19,479 nt of DNA from Candidatus Hermodarchaeota archaeon (GCA_016840065.1 JAEOTB010000017.1:1-19479), one strand, 5' to 3'; numbered from the stretch's first letter, positions 7,583 to 16,585 are shown. The notes: a model not told the origin generated them from the sequence alone. Program-made: numbers and translations.

Positions 7583-8194
7583 ATGTCTACAAGGTTTGAA
7601 ATTTTGAGCTGGGGATATTGTCAACAGCTTTGTTTCCGTATCTACAAGAAGGTGGTCGAGTCTGGATATCAGCCCGATGTGATAATTGGTCTAGCTCGCG
7701 GTGGATGGATTCCTGCTAGGATTCTTTCAGACTTTTTCTCAAAGGACCTTTCCACATTGAGGGTAGAATTCTATCGGGGGATAGAGGAGCGAGAAGGGGC
7801 TCCAAGGCTCACACAACCCTTTTCCTCGTATAGGGAATGGAGACACCCCTTGGTTATTGATGATATCGTTGATACGGGGAAGAGCCTTAGCTTAGCCTTA
7901 GATCATCTGAAATCCCTTGGATTCGAGGAAATCAGGAGTGCCTGCCTTCACGTCAAACCACATACAGAAACGATTCCAGATTATTACACGAAAAAAACAG
8001 CGGCATGGGTTGTATATCCATGGGAAATTGCCGAGTTCACGGTCAGTCTTGCTACTCTGCTTAGTAAGGAGAAGGTCCCCGTGGACAAGATTGAGGAGCA
8101 GCTATTGAGTTTCGGATTATCTGAAACCTATATTAGACATTTCTTCAAGCGATGGCTTCGTCAACAGGGTGAAGGTGGGTCTTCCTCCTCTTAG
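7583..8194 (+). CDS. Type I phosphoribosyltransferase (purine PRTase, archaeal HGPRT/XGPRT-like)
   Basis: IIGLARGGWIPA, PRPP-binding LVIDDIVDTGKSL and WVVYPWE. ATG at 7583 preferred over GTG at 7571. Confidence 0.9.
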   Translation: MSTRFEILSWGYCQQLCFRIYKKVVESGYQPDVIIGLARGGWIPARILSDFFSKDLSTLRVEFYRGIEEREGAPRLTQPFSSYREWRHPLVIDDIVDTGKSLSLALDHLKSLGFEEIRSACLHVKPHTETIPDYYTKKTAAWVVYPWEIAEFTVSLATLLSKEKVPVDKIEEQLLSFGLSETYIRHFFKRWLRQQGEGGSSSS

Positions 8195-8200
8195 GAGCTG

Positions 8201-8887
8201 TCATTCTCTAGTGAATTCTTTGTAGGGTTCTTTCTCTGAGAAGAGGAGGCAACGATTGTTTACAAGGTGGCTTCTTACATAGATTAGGCGTATCAGGTGG
8301 AGAAGTGTTCCTTTGTCTTCTATCTCTCGAACTTCAATTACACCATCAGCGGAGAAGCGAAGTGCAGCCACGATTTCAGTGTCGTGAACTCCCTCTTCAA
8401 GTAAATAGATGCCAGTTATTTTGAGATTCTTGGCCCGGGCGCTGAGTACTTGGTAGAACTTCAGGACCGCGGTGGGTTCCGCGTAGGACATGAGGGTGGA
8501 TAGGCTGTCGATACAGAGATGTCCGTTTTTCAGGTCTGACATGGTTTGGAGGAGCGTGAGGCTGATTAGGTTCAAGTTAAAGAGGCTTTGGAAGGCGATT
8601 GGTTCATCTGAGGGTTGTGATGTAACACAGGAGACACCGTCAACGACTCTGAGCTGTTTTGCCTTTACCTTTCCACAGAAACCTATGGTCGTCTCCCTAA
8701 TTTGCTTGGGGGTCCACACGGTTGTTGCATAGATACCAGCTTCGTTCTGTTTTAGGCGGCTACTGAGATATCGAATCGCGAAATGAGCTTTCACAGTGCC
8801 GGGAGGACCAATCAGGAGTAGTTGAGAACCTCGAGGGAACTCTAGAGTGTTAGCGGGTGTGAAGCTCACATGAACGAGATCGCTCAA
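8201..8887 (-). CDS. RAD55/KaiC-superfamily ATPase-like protein with degenerate Walker A
   Basis: LLLIGPPGTVKA (GKT replaced), LCIDSLSTL, LEEGVHD, ADGVIE. Confidence 0.8.
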   Translation of the reverse strand: MSDLVHVSFTPANTLEFPRGSQLLLIGPPGTVKAHFAIRYLSSRLKQNEAGIYATTVWTPKQIRETTIGFCGKVKAKQLRVVDGVSCVTSQPSDEPIAFQSLFNLNLISLTLLQTMSDLKNGHLCIDSLSTLMSYAEPTAVLKFYQVLSARAKNLKITGIYLLEEGVHDTEIVAALRFSADGVIEVREIEDKGTLLHLIRLIYVRSHLVNNRCLLFSEKEPYKEFTRE

Positions 8888-8890
8888 TAT

Positions 8891-9685
8891 CTAATCTCCT
8901 TTTAGCTGAAACCCCTTTTCGTCCAGAATCATCTCCTTCCATGAGGTTAGTGGACTGGCCCCAATGAGGCTTAAGATTCGAAGTTCACGGCGCAGGGCAC
9001 AACCATCCTCATCTATTATCCGAGTCCTTATCGTTCCTTGGACAAGTGAACGTAGGCTGTTAATCATTGCTACGTCGTGGGCGCCCTCTTCTAATACAAA
9101 GATGACTCTACTACCTTGACGAAGAATTCGATGGGCTAGAACGTGAATGAAGTTGCGAATTCTTTCCTTCATTTGTGAAGCTAGCGTCAAACCAGAAACA
9201 GAATCGACGATGACCAATGAACTAGGGGAGAGGAGTTGGACCTGGTTCATTATTACTAGACTGACCTTGTTGATGTCTGAAGGGTTATTGATTCGGTCTA
9301 TGGCATATTCATCTTTGCGCATCCCAATTGCCCAGCTATAGGCGTCGATGAACTTGATTTTTTGACCTATTGGATCATCTCCTTGAAGTAGTCCAACTCC
9401 AAGGGCGTGGGCTAGAATGTTTGTAGGTGTACTCTCGGTGGTAAGATAGAGGACTTCACATCCCTCGCGTATTGTATCTAATGCTAGCTGGAGACAGAAA
9501 CTGGTCTTACCGCTACCCGGAGGACCGACCAGGAGAAGACTTGTTCCTTGAGGTAAGCCCTCTTTTAGAAGTGTATTCAACACCACGTCCGATGCCCCAA
9601 AGAGGTCTTGGGATACGCCTAGAAGATGATTGTTCTGTGAAAACGAATAAGTCTTTGGGAAATCTTCAGGTGAAAAAAAATTCAC
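8891..9685 (-). CDS. RAD55/KaiC-superfamily ATPase
   Basis: GLPQGTSLLLVGPPGSGKT (Walker A), YLTTES, FIDAYSW, VIVDSVS (Walker B), LEEGAHD. Confidence 0.88.
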   Translation of the reverse strand: MNFFSPEDFPKTYSFSQNNHLLGVSQDLFGASDVVLNTLLKEGLPQGTSLLLVGPPGSGKTSFCLQLALDTIREGCEVLYLTTESTPTNILAHALGVGLLQGDDPIGQKIKFIDAYSWAIGMRKDEYAIDRINNPSDINKVSLVIMNQVQLLSPSSLVIVDSVSGLTLASQMKERIRNFIHVLAHRILRQGSRVIFVLEEGAHDVAMINSLRSLVQGTIRTRIIDEDGCALRRELRILSLIGASPLTSWKEMILDEKGFQLKGD

Positions 9686-9765
9686 ACTCCTGAGAATAAC
9701 CTGACCTACTTTAAAGGGAGGAAGATACCAATACTAGCTGGACAACGAGATTTTGGAGGATTACA

Positions 9766-10512
9766 GTGGTAACCTCGAAAAGAACTAAATCAGGAATTCC
9801 AGGGCTTGATGAGGCCCTTCATGGAGGCTTCCCTGTTGGTAGCGTCATCCTAGTCAGTGGCGGACCTGGGACTGGCAAATCAATCCTAATGAACCAGTTC
9901 CTTGTTAAAGGGGCTCTAGAGATGAATGAGCCTGGGGTCCTTGTGTCGATGGAGGAGCCCTTGGAATCAACATACCAGAATATGAGCATGTTCGGTTGGG
10001 ACCTAGAAGTACTACAGAAGCAGAAATCACTTGCATTGATTGATGCCTCACCGATGATTGAGCAGGATCGTGTTGTGATGAAGCCTGCTCATCCAGTTTT
10101 AGGTCGTGAGACATTCACAATGGAGTCTCTTCTATCCCTGATTCACAGGGAGATTCGTCGTGTAAAAGCAAAGCGGATAGCCATTGACTCTATCACAACG
10201 CTTACCTTGCAGCATGAGGATTTGTTCCGTATTCGACATGATCTGCTTCAGCTGGTGCGGTCTCTTCATAAAACTAAGGCCACTTGCTTGATTGCCGTTG
10301 AGAGTCCCGGAGATTCAATGATTGGTCGATTCGGAGTGGAAGGGTTTCTGGTGGATGGGGCCTTGATGATGAAACTAGTAAGCAAGGGCGAAGTTAGAAT
10401 GCGTACAATAGAAATCGTCAAGATGCGAGGCACCAGCCATGTTATGAATCCCCTTTTACTTATCATCAGTGATAAGGGGATTGAGGTTTCTGACCTGCCT
10501 CCCATCAGCTAG
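9766..10512 (+). CDS. Single-domain KaiC-like ATPase
   Basis: SGIPGLDEALHGGFP, GGPGTGKS, SMEE, IAIDSIT and EIVKMRGT (arginine finger). GGAGG RBS before the GTG start. Confidence 0.92.
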   Translation: MVTSKRTKSGIPGLDEALHGGFPVGSVILVSGGPGTGKSILMNQFLVKGALEMNEPGVLVSMEEPLESTYQNMSMFGWDLEVLQKQKSLALIDASPMIEQDRVVMKPAHPVLGRETFTMESLLSLIHREIRRVKAKRIAIDSITTLTLQHEDLFRIRHDLLQLVRSLHKTKATCLIAVESPGDSMIGRFGVEGFLVDGALMMKLVSKGEVRMRTIEIVKMRGTSHVMNPLLLIISDKGIEVSDLPPIS

Positions 10513-10636
10513 CTTCATTGAATCTCTTGTTGAAACTGCATAAATTAGAGTTTTATCTCCCCCTAGAAATCTTTCTAAGTTAACTTTATGTAGAATGAAG
10601 TTGTCTTCTAATGTGTGAGAGCGGGGTCGTGAACAC

Positions 10637-12058
10637 TTGAACTTACCTAGAGAAATCCCAGAGTTCTTGAATCGCCAACATGGCCAAACTCTTCTAATCA
10701 AGGGTAGAACAGGCACAGGCAAAACCACTTTTGCTCTTTCCCTTTTCGCAGAACTAATGAGAGCGTTCCCTGAACGGTTTCAAAAGAAGAATTTCCTCTA
10801 CCTTTCTTCCCGAGTTGATACTCCAAGTCTAGAAACCCAATTTCCTTGGATCAAGGAGATACTTTCCTCTGAGAACATTGTCGACGCAATCCCCACTGCT
10901 GTGCATGATTCGGAATCATCAATTTTCTCCGATGAACTCACCTTCATCAGCGCCGTAAATGACAGGCTGCTATCCCTAGAACCTTGTGTTTGTGTAATTG
11001 ACTCCTTTGATGCCATCGTAGAAGCTACCCAGTCTGATCCTCAGCGGCTCGTTGTGGCACTCAGTCACTTGAGTGCTCCGACAAAGGCAAAGATTGTCCT
11101 CATTCAAGAGGGCGACCACGATAGCCCCCTTGACCACATCGCAGATAGTATTATCGTTCTAACCAAGACAATGACTGAGGGTAAACTTTGGCGAAGCATT
11201 CGTATTGATAAACTTCGTGGAACCCGCATTCAGAAGGGAGTGCAAGGCTTTACCCTTTTTGACAATCGTTTCCAACTTCTTCCACATTATGATGCGGAAC
11301 AAACACGTCGCCCCCCAGCCTTTGAGGTCATCCCTCATAGCGCTGGTAAGTTCTCGTCAGGTATAGAGAAGCTGGATGAAATCATCGGACATTTCCGGCG
11401 AGGAAGTACAATCTTCCTAGACATTGGCAGGGGAGTACAAAATGAGGTAACGAACACTCTTGTCTTGAACTTCATTGCTAACTTCGTACTTCAAGGAGGC
11501 GGCGTAGTCATGGTTCCCCCCAACAAGCTCAGTTTTCGTCGGCTAAAATCAGCCGCCCTTCGCTATGGTTTTGTTGATCAATTGAATACAAGACTCCGCC
11601 TTTTCGTGAGTGCAATATCAGAACTTAGTACATCAAGTAGTAGAGCTGAACTTGGTGAACCTTACTACAAACCAATTGCTTCCCGTGAAAGCAAGGACCT
11701 TGAAAATGCCTGGATTAGGGTTCCTGAAGAGCTTCGAAGCCAAGACTGTACCAATATATTGAATATCGTAGGTTTTGGCTGGCTACAATCACGTCTCGGT
11801 TTGAAGGACCTGCCTCAATGGGCTACTCGTATAGCAAACGACACTGCAAGAGAGAGTAACCTTAGCATAGTCATCGGCTATAGCAGCACCGCAGAAATCA
11901 ACAAATACCTGGCAGACCTCTCCGAAGTGCATATTTCTTTATCAATAAAGGCTGGTGCGACAATTTTAAGGGCTATTAATCCCCCCACAGCTCAGTACTG
12001 CATCTTCCTTTCTGAAGATGGAGGTAAAACAAGCATTGGCTTCAGAGAAATCGTCTAA
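10637..12058 (+). CDS. GvpD-like tandem KaiC/RecA-fold P-loop protein
   Basis: N-terminal LPREIPEFL...TLLIKGRTGTGKTTFAL typical of GvpD-type P-loop domains, VIDSFDA and IDKLRG. The second domain starts FSSGIEKLDEIIG and has a degenerate Walker A. Confidence 0.82.
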   Translation: MNLPREIPEFLNRQHGQTLLIKGRTGTGKTTFALSLFAELMRAFPERFQKKNFLYLSSRVDTPSLETQFPWIKEILSSENIVDAIPTAVHDSESSIFSDELTFISAVNDRLLSLEPCVCVIDSFDAIVEATQSDPQRLVVALSHLSAPTKAKIVLIQEGDHDSPLDHIADSIIVLTKTMTEGKLWRSIRIDKLRGTRIQKGVQGFTLFDNRFQLLPHYDAEQTRRPPAFEVIPHSAGKFSSGIEKLDEIIGHFRRGSTIFLDIGRGVQNEVTNTLVLNFIANFVLQGGGVVMVPPNKLSFRRLKSAALRYGFVDQLNTRLRLFVSAISELSTSSSRAELGEPYYKPIASRESKDLENAWIRVPEELRSQDCTNILNIVGFGWLQSRLGLKDLPQWATRIANDTARESNLSIVIGYSSTAEINKYLADLSEVHISLSIKAGATILRAINPPTAQYCIFLSEDGGKTSIGFREIV

Positions 12059-12422
12059 ACAAGTCAAAGTACTCCTGGCAGATGATTCACGAATCTTCCT
12101 TCGCGCCGCTCAAATCCTACTAAGTGAACACTATCAAGTCGAAATTGCTTATGATGGACAAGAAGCACTCGATAAGATACAAGAAAACCCACCTGATGTT
12201 TTTATTGTCGACTTGGTCTTACCTAAGATTAGTGGTACCCAATTAATCCCCCAAGTCAAAGAGAAATTTCCTGACCTCATTATCATAGCCCTTACAGCAA
12301 TCGACGATGACGAGACCGTCCGGGAGGTCCTGGCTCTTGGAGCCCACCACTACCTAATCAAAGGTGCACTCACTGGAGACGAAATCTATCAGACAGTTGA
12401 GCGTCTCCTCGCCTCTAAGTAA
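12036..12422 (+). CDS. Stand-alone response regulator receiver (CheY-like)
   Basis: VLLADD, phospho-acceptor in FIVDLVLP, IIALTA and YLIK. TTG at 12036 follows GGAGGT (12020-12025); alternative ATG at 12018. Overlaps the end of the GvpD-like gene. Confidence 0.9.
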   Translation: MASEKSSKQVKVLLADDSRIFLRAAQILLSEHYQVEIAYDGQEALDKIQENPPDVFIVDLVLPKISGTQLIPQVKEKFPDLIIIALTAIDDDETVREVLALGAHHYLIKGALTGDEIYQTVERLLASK

Positions 12423-12434
12423 CTATAACCTGTT

Positions 12435-12821
12435 CTACAGGTCTTCAACCTTACGACCAGTCTTACCCAAATACTCCTCAATCGCCTTATGGAGCCCGTC
12501 AGCAGCAAGATTACTACAATGCATCTTAATCGGCGGTAAGCCCTCAAGAGCTTCAGCGATATCTTTACGTGTAATCTTAAAGGCTTCTTTCAAGGTTTTA
12601 CCTTTTGCTAGCTCTGTTAGCATACTGCTTGTGGCGATGGCTGCTGCGCAACCAAAGGTTTTGAAGCGGATGTCTTCGATGACATCATCCTTTACCTTGA
12701 TATAGATCCAGATAAGGTCACCACAGGTTGGGTTTCCAACCTTACCAATGGCATCGGCATCAGACATCTCGCCCATATTTCGTGGGTTTTGGAAATGGTC
12801 AATGACTGTATCACTATACAT
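12435..12821 (-). CDS. iscU: Fe-S cluster assembly scaffold IscU (NifU N-terminal type)
   Basis: DHFQNPRNMG, GNPTCGD, FKTFGCAAAIA and LPPIKMHCS. Confidence 0.96.
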   Translation of the reverse strand: MYSDTVIDHFQNPRNMGEMSDADAIGKVGNPTCGDLIWIYIKVKDDVIEDIRFKTFGCAAAIATSSMLTELAKGKTLKEAFKITRKDIAEALEGLPPIKMHCSNLAADGLHKAIEEYLGKTGRKVEDL

Positions 12822-12837
12822 CTTTTATTTTCATCTC

Positions 12838-14007
12838 CTAACTTGGTGGATAGAGGGGTGACATCTCTCGTAGACGCCCAATAATGGGAGGTAACACCTC
12901 GATGAACCAGTCAATATGGTTTTCGGTGTTATCCCGCCCAAGGGTTAATTGAAGCGCACCGTGAGCCTCTGCTTCGTCAACCCCCATTGATAAGAGAACA
13001 TGAGAGGGTTCTAGGGTTCTAGAGGTGCAGGCTGAGCTTGTTGCAACAAGGAAGCCTTGGAAGCTTAAGTGGAGGGTGATAGCTTCACCCTCGATGAAAC
13101 TGAACCTGATATTAGCGTTATTAGGTAGGCGGTCGGTTGGGTGGCCATTAAGATAGGTGTGTTCCATCTTGCCTATAATTCCGTTGATGAGGCGGTCTCG
13201 TAGCCCTGTGAGATGTCGGCTGTTGGCAGCGAGCTCGTCGGCTGCAATTTCAGCGGCGATTCCCATCCCGACAATTCCTGATACATTTTCTGAACCAGAG
13301 CGTAGCCCCATCTCTTGTCCCCCACCTAGAAGGATTGGCTGGATTGAAGTCCCTCGCCGGATTACTAGGGCACCCACACCCCTTGGACCATAGAGGTCGT
13401 TGGAGGAGAGGGTCATTAGAGAAGCTCCTACATCCGGGAGATTGATGGGAACTTGTCCAGTACTTGCCACTGCATCTAGGTGGAGAGGTATCTTCGCGTC
13501 CTGGGCAATATCTGATATTTCTTGGATTGGTTGGATTGTTCCTACTTCGTTGTTTGCATGCTGGATTGAGAGAAGAATCGTCTGATCGGTTATCGCTTCT
13601 TTTAGGGCTTCAAGCTTGAGGACACCGTGTTTGTCAACTGGTACCCTTGTTACTTCGAATCCCTGTTTTACTAGGAATTTGAGGGGATTGAGGATGCTTA
13701 GGTGCTCGACCTCGCTTGTGATGATGTGGTTGCCCTTGCGGCGGTTCCGATAGGCAAATCCGATTAGTGCGAGGTTGTTGGCTTCTGTTGCACCACTTGT
13801 GAAGACGATCTTGTCTTTAAGGTCCGCGCCTAAGAGTTTTACGATTTGCATTCTTGCATTGGCTACTGCTTTGGCTGCTTGCCGCCCTGCGAAGTGAACT
13901 GAGGAAGGATTTCCGTAAAACTCTTGAAAATAGGGCAGCATTCCCTTGAGAACCCGTTTATCCACTGGGTTGCCTGCAGCATGGTTCAGGTTGACTCTTT
14001 TTACCAT
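12838..14007 (-). CDS. iscS: IscS/NifS-family protein with Asp in place of the PLP-binding Lys (Archaeoglobus-type)
   Basis: YGNPSS, FTSGATEANN, HANNEVGTIQP, RSGSEN and the catalytic loop TSSACTS. SSNDLYGP replaces SxHKxxGP. Start at ATG 14007 (MVKRV), or 14040. Confidence 0.92.
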   Translation of the reverse strand: MVKRVNLNHAAGNPVDKRVLKGMLPYFQEFYGNPSSVHFAGRQAAKAVANARMQIVKLLGADLKDKIVFTSGATEANNLALIGFAYRNRRKGNHIITSEVEHLSILNPLKFLVKQGFEVTRVPVDKHGVLKLEALKEAITDQTILLSIQHANNEVGTIQPIQEISDIAQDAKIPLHLDAVASTGQVPINLPDVGASLMTLSSNDLYGPRGVGALVIRRGTSIQPILLGGGQEMGLRSGSENVSGIVGMGIAAEIAADELAANSRHLTGLRDRLINGIIGKMEHTYLNGHPTDRLPNNANIRFSFIEGEAITLHLSFQGFLVATSSACTSRTLEPSHVLLSMGVDEAEAHGALQLTLGRDNTENHIDWFIEVLPPIIGRLREMSPLYPPS

Positions 14008-14042
14008 TATTTCAGCACCTTCTCGGAATCCTTTGATCATTC

Positions 14043-14405
14043 TTAGAAGACCAGTAAACCATCAGACTTCAGCGCTAGGTCGTTAAGCGTTGCTGCTCCA
14101 ACAACCTTTGCGCCTTCAATGTAGCCGCCTCTATCTAGACCGAGAAGCTGGGTGCTTTGGTCACACACCATCAACTTTACCCCCGCTTCAATGGCTTGGT
14201 CTATTACCTCTTTTAGGGGAGGATAGTTGCCTATCTTGATTTTCTCCGCTTCTCCCTTCTTCACTACTTTTACTCCATGAATCATGAAGTATATAGTGGC
14301 ATCTATATCCATCATCTTCGCTGTGGTTGCGAGTATGAAGGGGGCGTAGAGGCGTTCTGGTGTTTCGGGTCCAGCGGTCAGAAGATATACTAGGTTCTTG
14401 GTCAT
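14043..14405 (-). CDS. DsrE/DsrF-family sulfur carrier protein
   Basis: PERLYAPFILATTA, IYFMIHGV, GVKLMVCDQS (conserved Cys) and VVGAATL. Confidence 0.85.
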   Translation of the reverse strand: MTKNLVYLLTAGPETPERLYAPFILATTAKMMDIDATIYFMIHGVKVVKKGEAEKIKIGNYPPLKEVIDQAIEAGVKLMVCDQSTQLLGLDRGGYIEGAKVVGAATLNDLALKSDGLLVF

Positions 14406-14412
14406 TTTCGTT

Positions 14413-14676
14413 TCACCTTTCGGTCTTTTGGATTAGGAAGCGAATGAATTCGTCGGACTTTTCGATTACTAGAATCTTGTTTCCAGTTCTTTCTGCCCAG
14501 CGAGTTATGTCCTCCTCGGAAGCAGGGTCGTCGGCTAAGAGTTCGATTATCTCATCGGGTTTGGCTTCAAGGATAGCTTGCCGGGTCTTGTAGACTGGAA
14601 TCGGGCAAAACATGCCCCGTGTGTCAATTGTACAACAAGGTTTTTGGTCTGTGCTACTGGAGGGTTCTTGTTTCAT
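14413..14676 (-). CDS. tusA: TusA/SirA-family sulfurtransferase
   Basis: IDTRGMFCPIP and LLADDPASEEDITRWA. ATG at 14676 preceded by GGGAGG. Confidence 0.9.
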   Translation of the reverse strand: MKQEPSSSTDQKPCCTIDTRGMFCPIPVYKTRQAILEAKPDEIIELLADDPASEEDITRWAERTGNKILVIEKSDEFIRFLIQKTER

Positions 14677-14694
14677 TTTTGGTACGCCTCCCAA

Positions 14695-14714
14695 AACTTA
14701 ACAATTGTTAAGTT
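14695..14714. promoter_or_regulatory. Perfect 20-bp palindrome AACTTAACAATTGTTAAGTT, probable operator of the tusA-dsrE-iscS-iscU operon
   Basis: Self-reverse-complementary. Lies between a minus-strand TATA-like TTAAATA (about 14738-14744) and the tusA RBS. Confidence 0.7.
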
Positions 14715-14860
14715 CTGTGGATGATTTGTATTACAGCTATTTAAGAAAAACGCTTCTGCTAATAAAAGTCACTGAAGGCAACCAGTTAGAGCATTACCTA
14801 GAAGAGAGTAAAAGACTAAAAGGCTGTAATGTAATAATGTTACATAATGGGGGATTCATC

Positions 14861-15259
14861 TTGCCTTCAGAGACTAGACCAAAACGGAAAGTTACGAAGC
14901 GAACACCAGCAGATACTGAAACACATGAAGAGATGCAGAGAGGCCTTGATCCCGAGGTTCTGCAGGAGCTCAAACAACTCTTTATTAGTGGATCTTTGCC
15001 CACGGCAAAGCGCCGTGACTCCATCGTCATGACCCGAGTGTTTGACAGTGACCTTCGTATCGTAGATGCGCTAATATCATTAGATATCTTCAAGAGCCGC
15101 AGTGAAGCTGTAGCCTTCTTGGTTCATGAGGGAATCCTAGCTAAACGAGAACTAGTAGACACCATTCTCCCCGCAATCGATCAGATTGAAGAGATTAAAC
15201 AGAGAGCTCGCAGAGAAGCCGTCAAAGCGCTCCACAAGTCAACACGAGAAAAAGAGTAG
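14861..15259 (+). CDS. Ribbon-helix-helix (CopG/Arc/MetJ-like) domain protein, putative regulator
   Basis: IVMTRV strand followed by DSDLRIVDALISLDIFKSRSEAVAFLVHEGI (SRSE-type RHH signature) and a coiled-coil-like tail. TTG at 14861 after GGGGG is preferred, because the ORF-track start at 14705 runs through promoter DNA. Confidence 0.65.
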   Translation: MPSETRPKRKVTKRTPADTETHEEMQRGLDPEVLQELKQLFISGSLPTAKRRDSIVMTRVFDSDLRIVDALISLDIFKSRSEAVAFLVHEGILAKRELVDTILPAIDQIEEIKQRARREAVKALHKSTREKE

Positions 15260-15359
15260 ACCTTTGGTCATTTTCAATAAACCCATTTTTCTGGTTACAC
15301 TAGCCTTATTAATACCTTCTAACTGAAAGGGAATTACATCAGAATTCATAGCTAGTGTT

Positions 15360-16529
15360 GTGATTGTATTGTCATCAGAATTCTACTTAACTGAAAAGGA
15401 ACTTAAGTTTCAGGCGGATGCTAGAGGCTTTGTTGAACGCACACTCGCACCCTTTGCTGAGAAAATCGAGCGAGGCGAGACAGAGGCCTGGGATGTCATC
15501 CGCAAGTTCGGGAAAGCTGGTTATCTAGGATCCCGTTATCCACCCGAATTTGGAGGTACAGGATTAGGACTGGTCCACGAAGTGTTGGTTACCGAAGAGA
15601 TTTGTGCTGTTTCTGCTGGATTTGATATGGCCAGAGTAGCCTCCTGTATTCTCTTTGCTCATCCGACTTTCGAGTTTGGTACAAAGGCTCAAAAGGAGAA
15701 GTATCTGAAACCAGTGGCTCAGGGTGAAAAGATTGGAGCCCTTTGTATTACTGAACCAAATGTTGGTAGCGATGTTGCTGGAACCGAAACCCGTGCCGTG
15801 AAACAGGGTGACAAATTCATCATAAACGGTGAAAAACGCTTCATCACAAACGGACCAATTGCAGACTTTCTGCTGGTCTACGCAGTCACAGACCCATCAG
15901 TGAAAGCCAAGCAGGGAATGACCGCCTTTATCATCGAGTCAAAATGGAAGGGATATGAGGTCATCGAAGAGTACGAACTACTTGGTATGCACGGTGCCCA
16001 TGTTGGTCATATGGGCTTCCGTGACGTTGAGGTCCCAGCCGAGAACGTGTTGGGCACCGTCAACGACGGCTTCAAAGTAGTCATGGCAGGGCTAAACGCA
16101 GAAAGAACAATCCTTGCCGCAGAAATGAATGGAGTCGCCCGAGCCGCCATGGAGGAAGCAATTCGCTATAGTGATGAGCGGATGCAGTTCCGACGAAAAA
16201 TAAGAGAATTTGAAGGAATAAGCTTCAAGATAGCCGATATGGCTGTCAAACTAGAAGCTGCAAGGTTGCTCACCATGAAGGCTGCACGCCTCATTGAGGC
16301 AGGTCTACCATCAACTAAAGCTGCTGCTATTGCAAAGCTCTATGCCTGCGATACTGCAATAGAGACAGCAACAAATGCGCTCCAAGTACTGGGCGGAATC
16401 GGCTACACCAAGAAACGACCGGTGGAACGTTACCTTAGAGACGCACGTCTCATGAGCATTGGTGGAGGAACCGCAGAGATACTTCGATATCTGATTCAGA
16501 GAGAAGTGTACAAAGAACAAGGGTTCTAA
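15360..16529 (+). CDS. Acyl-CoA dehydrogenase
   Basis: CITEPNVGSD, INGEKRFITNG, ERMQF, LQVLGGIGY and ERYLRDARLMSIGGGTAEI. The start may be TTG at 15369. Confidence 0.95.
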   Translation: MIVLSSEFYLTEKELKFQADARGFVERTLAPFAEKIERGETEAWDVIRKFGKAGYLGSRYPPEFGGTGLGLVHEVLVTEEICAVSAGFDMARVASCILFAHPTFEFGTKAQKEKYLKPVAQGEKIGALCITEPNVGSDVAGTETRAVKQGDKFIINGEKRFITNGPIADFLLVYAVTDPSVKAKQGMTAFIIESKWKGYEVIEEYELLGMHGAHVGHMGFRDVEVPAENVLGTVNDGFKVVMAGLNAERTILAAEMNGVARAAMEEAIRYSDERMQFRRKIREFEGISFKIADMAVKLEAARLLTMKAARLIEAGLPSTKAAAIAKLYACDTAIETATNALQVLGGIGYTKKRPVERYLRDARLMSIGGGTAEILRYLIQREVYKEQGF

Positions 16530-16585
16530 CCAGCAAGTTATTATATTGTTGAGTAGCGCATGGGTCCTCCTCGAAGGGGAATACC

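Noticed and set aside
9766-12058. Circadian clock (kaiABC) or gas-vesicle locus
   Set aside because: No kaiA/kaiB or gvpA-type genes are present, and the single-domain KaiC lacks the Ser-Thr phosphosite pair (reads GVEGFLVD).
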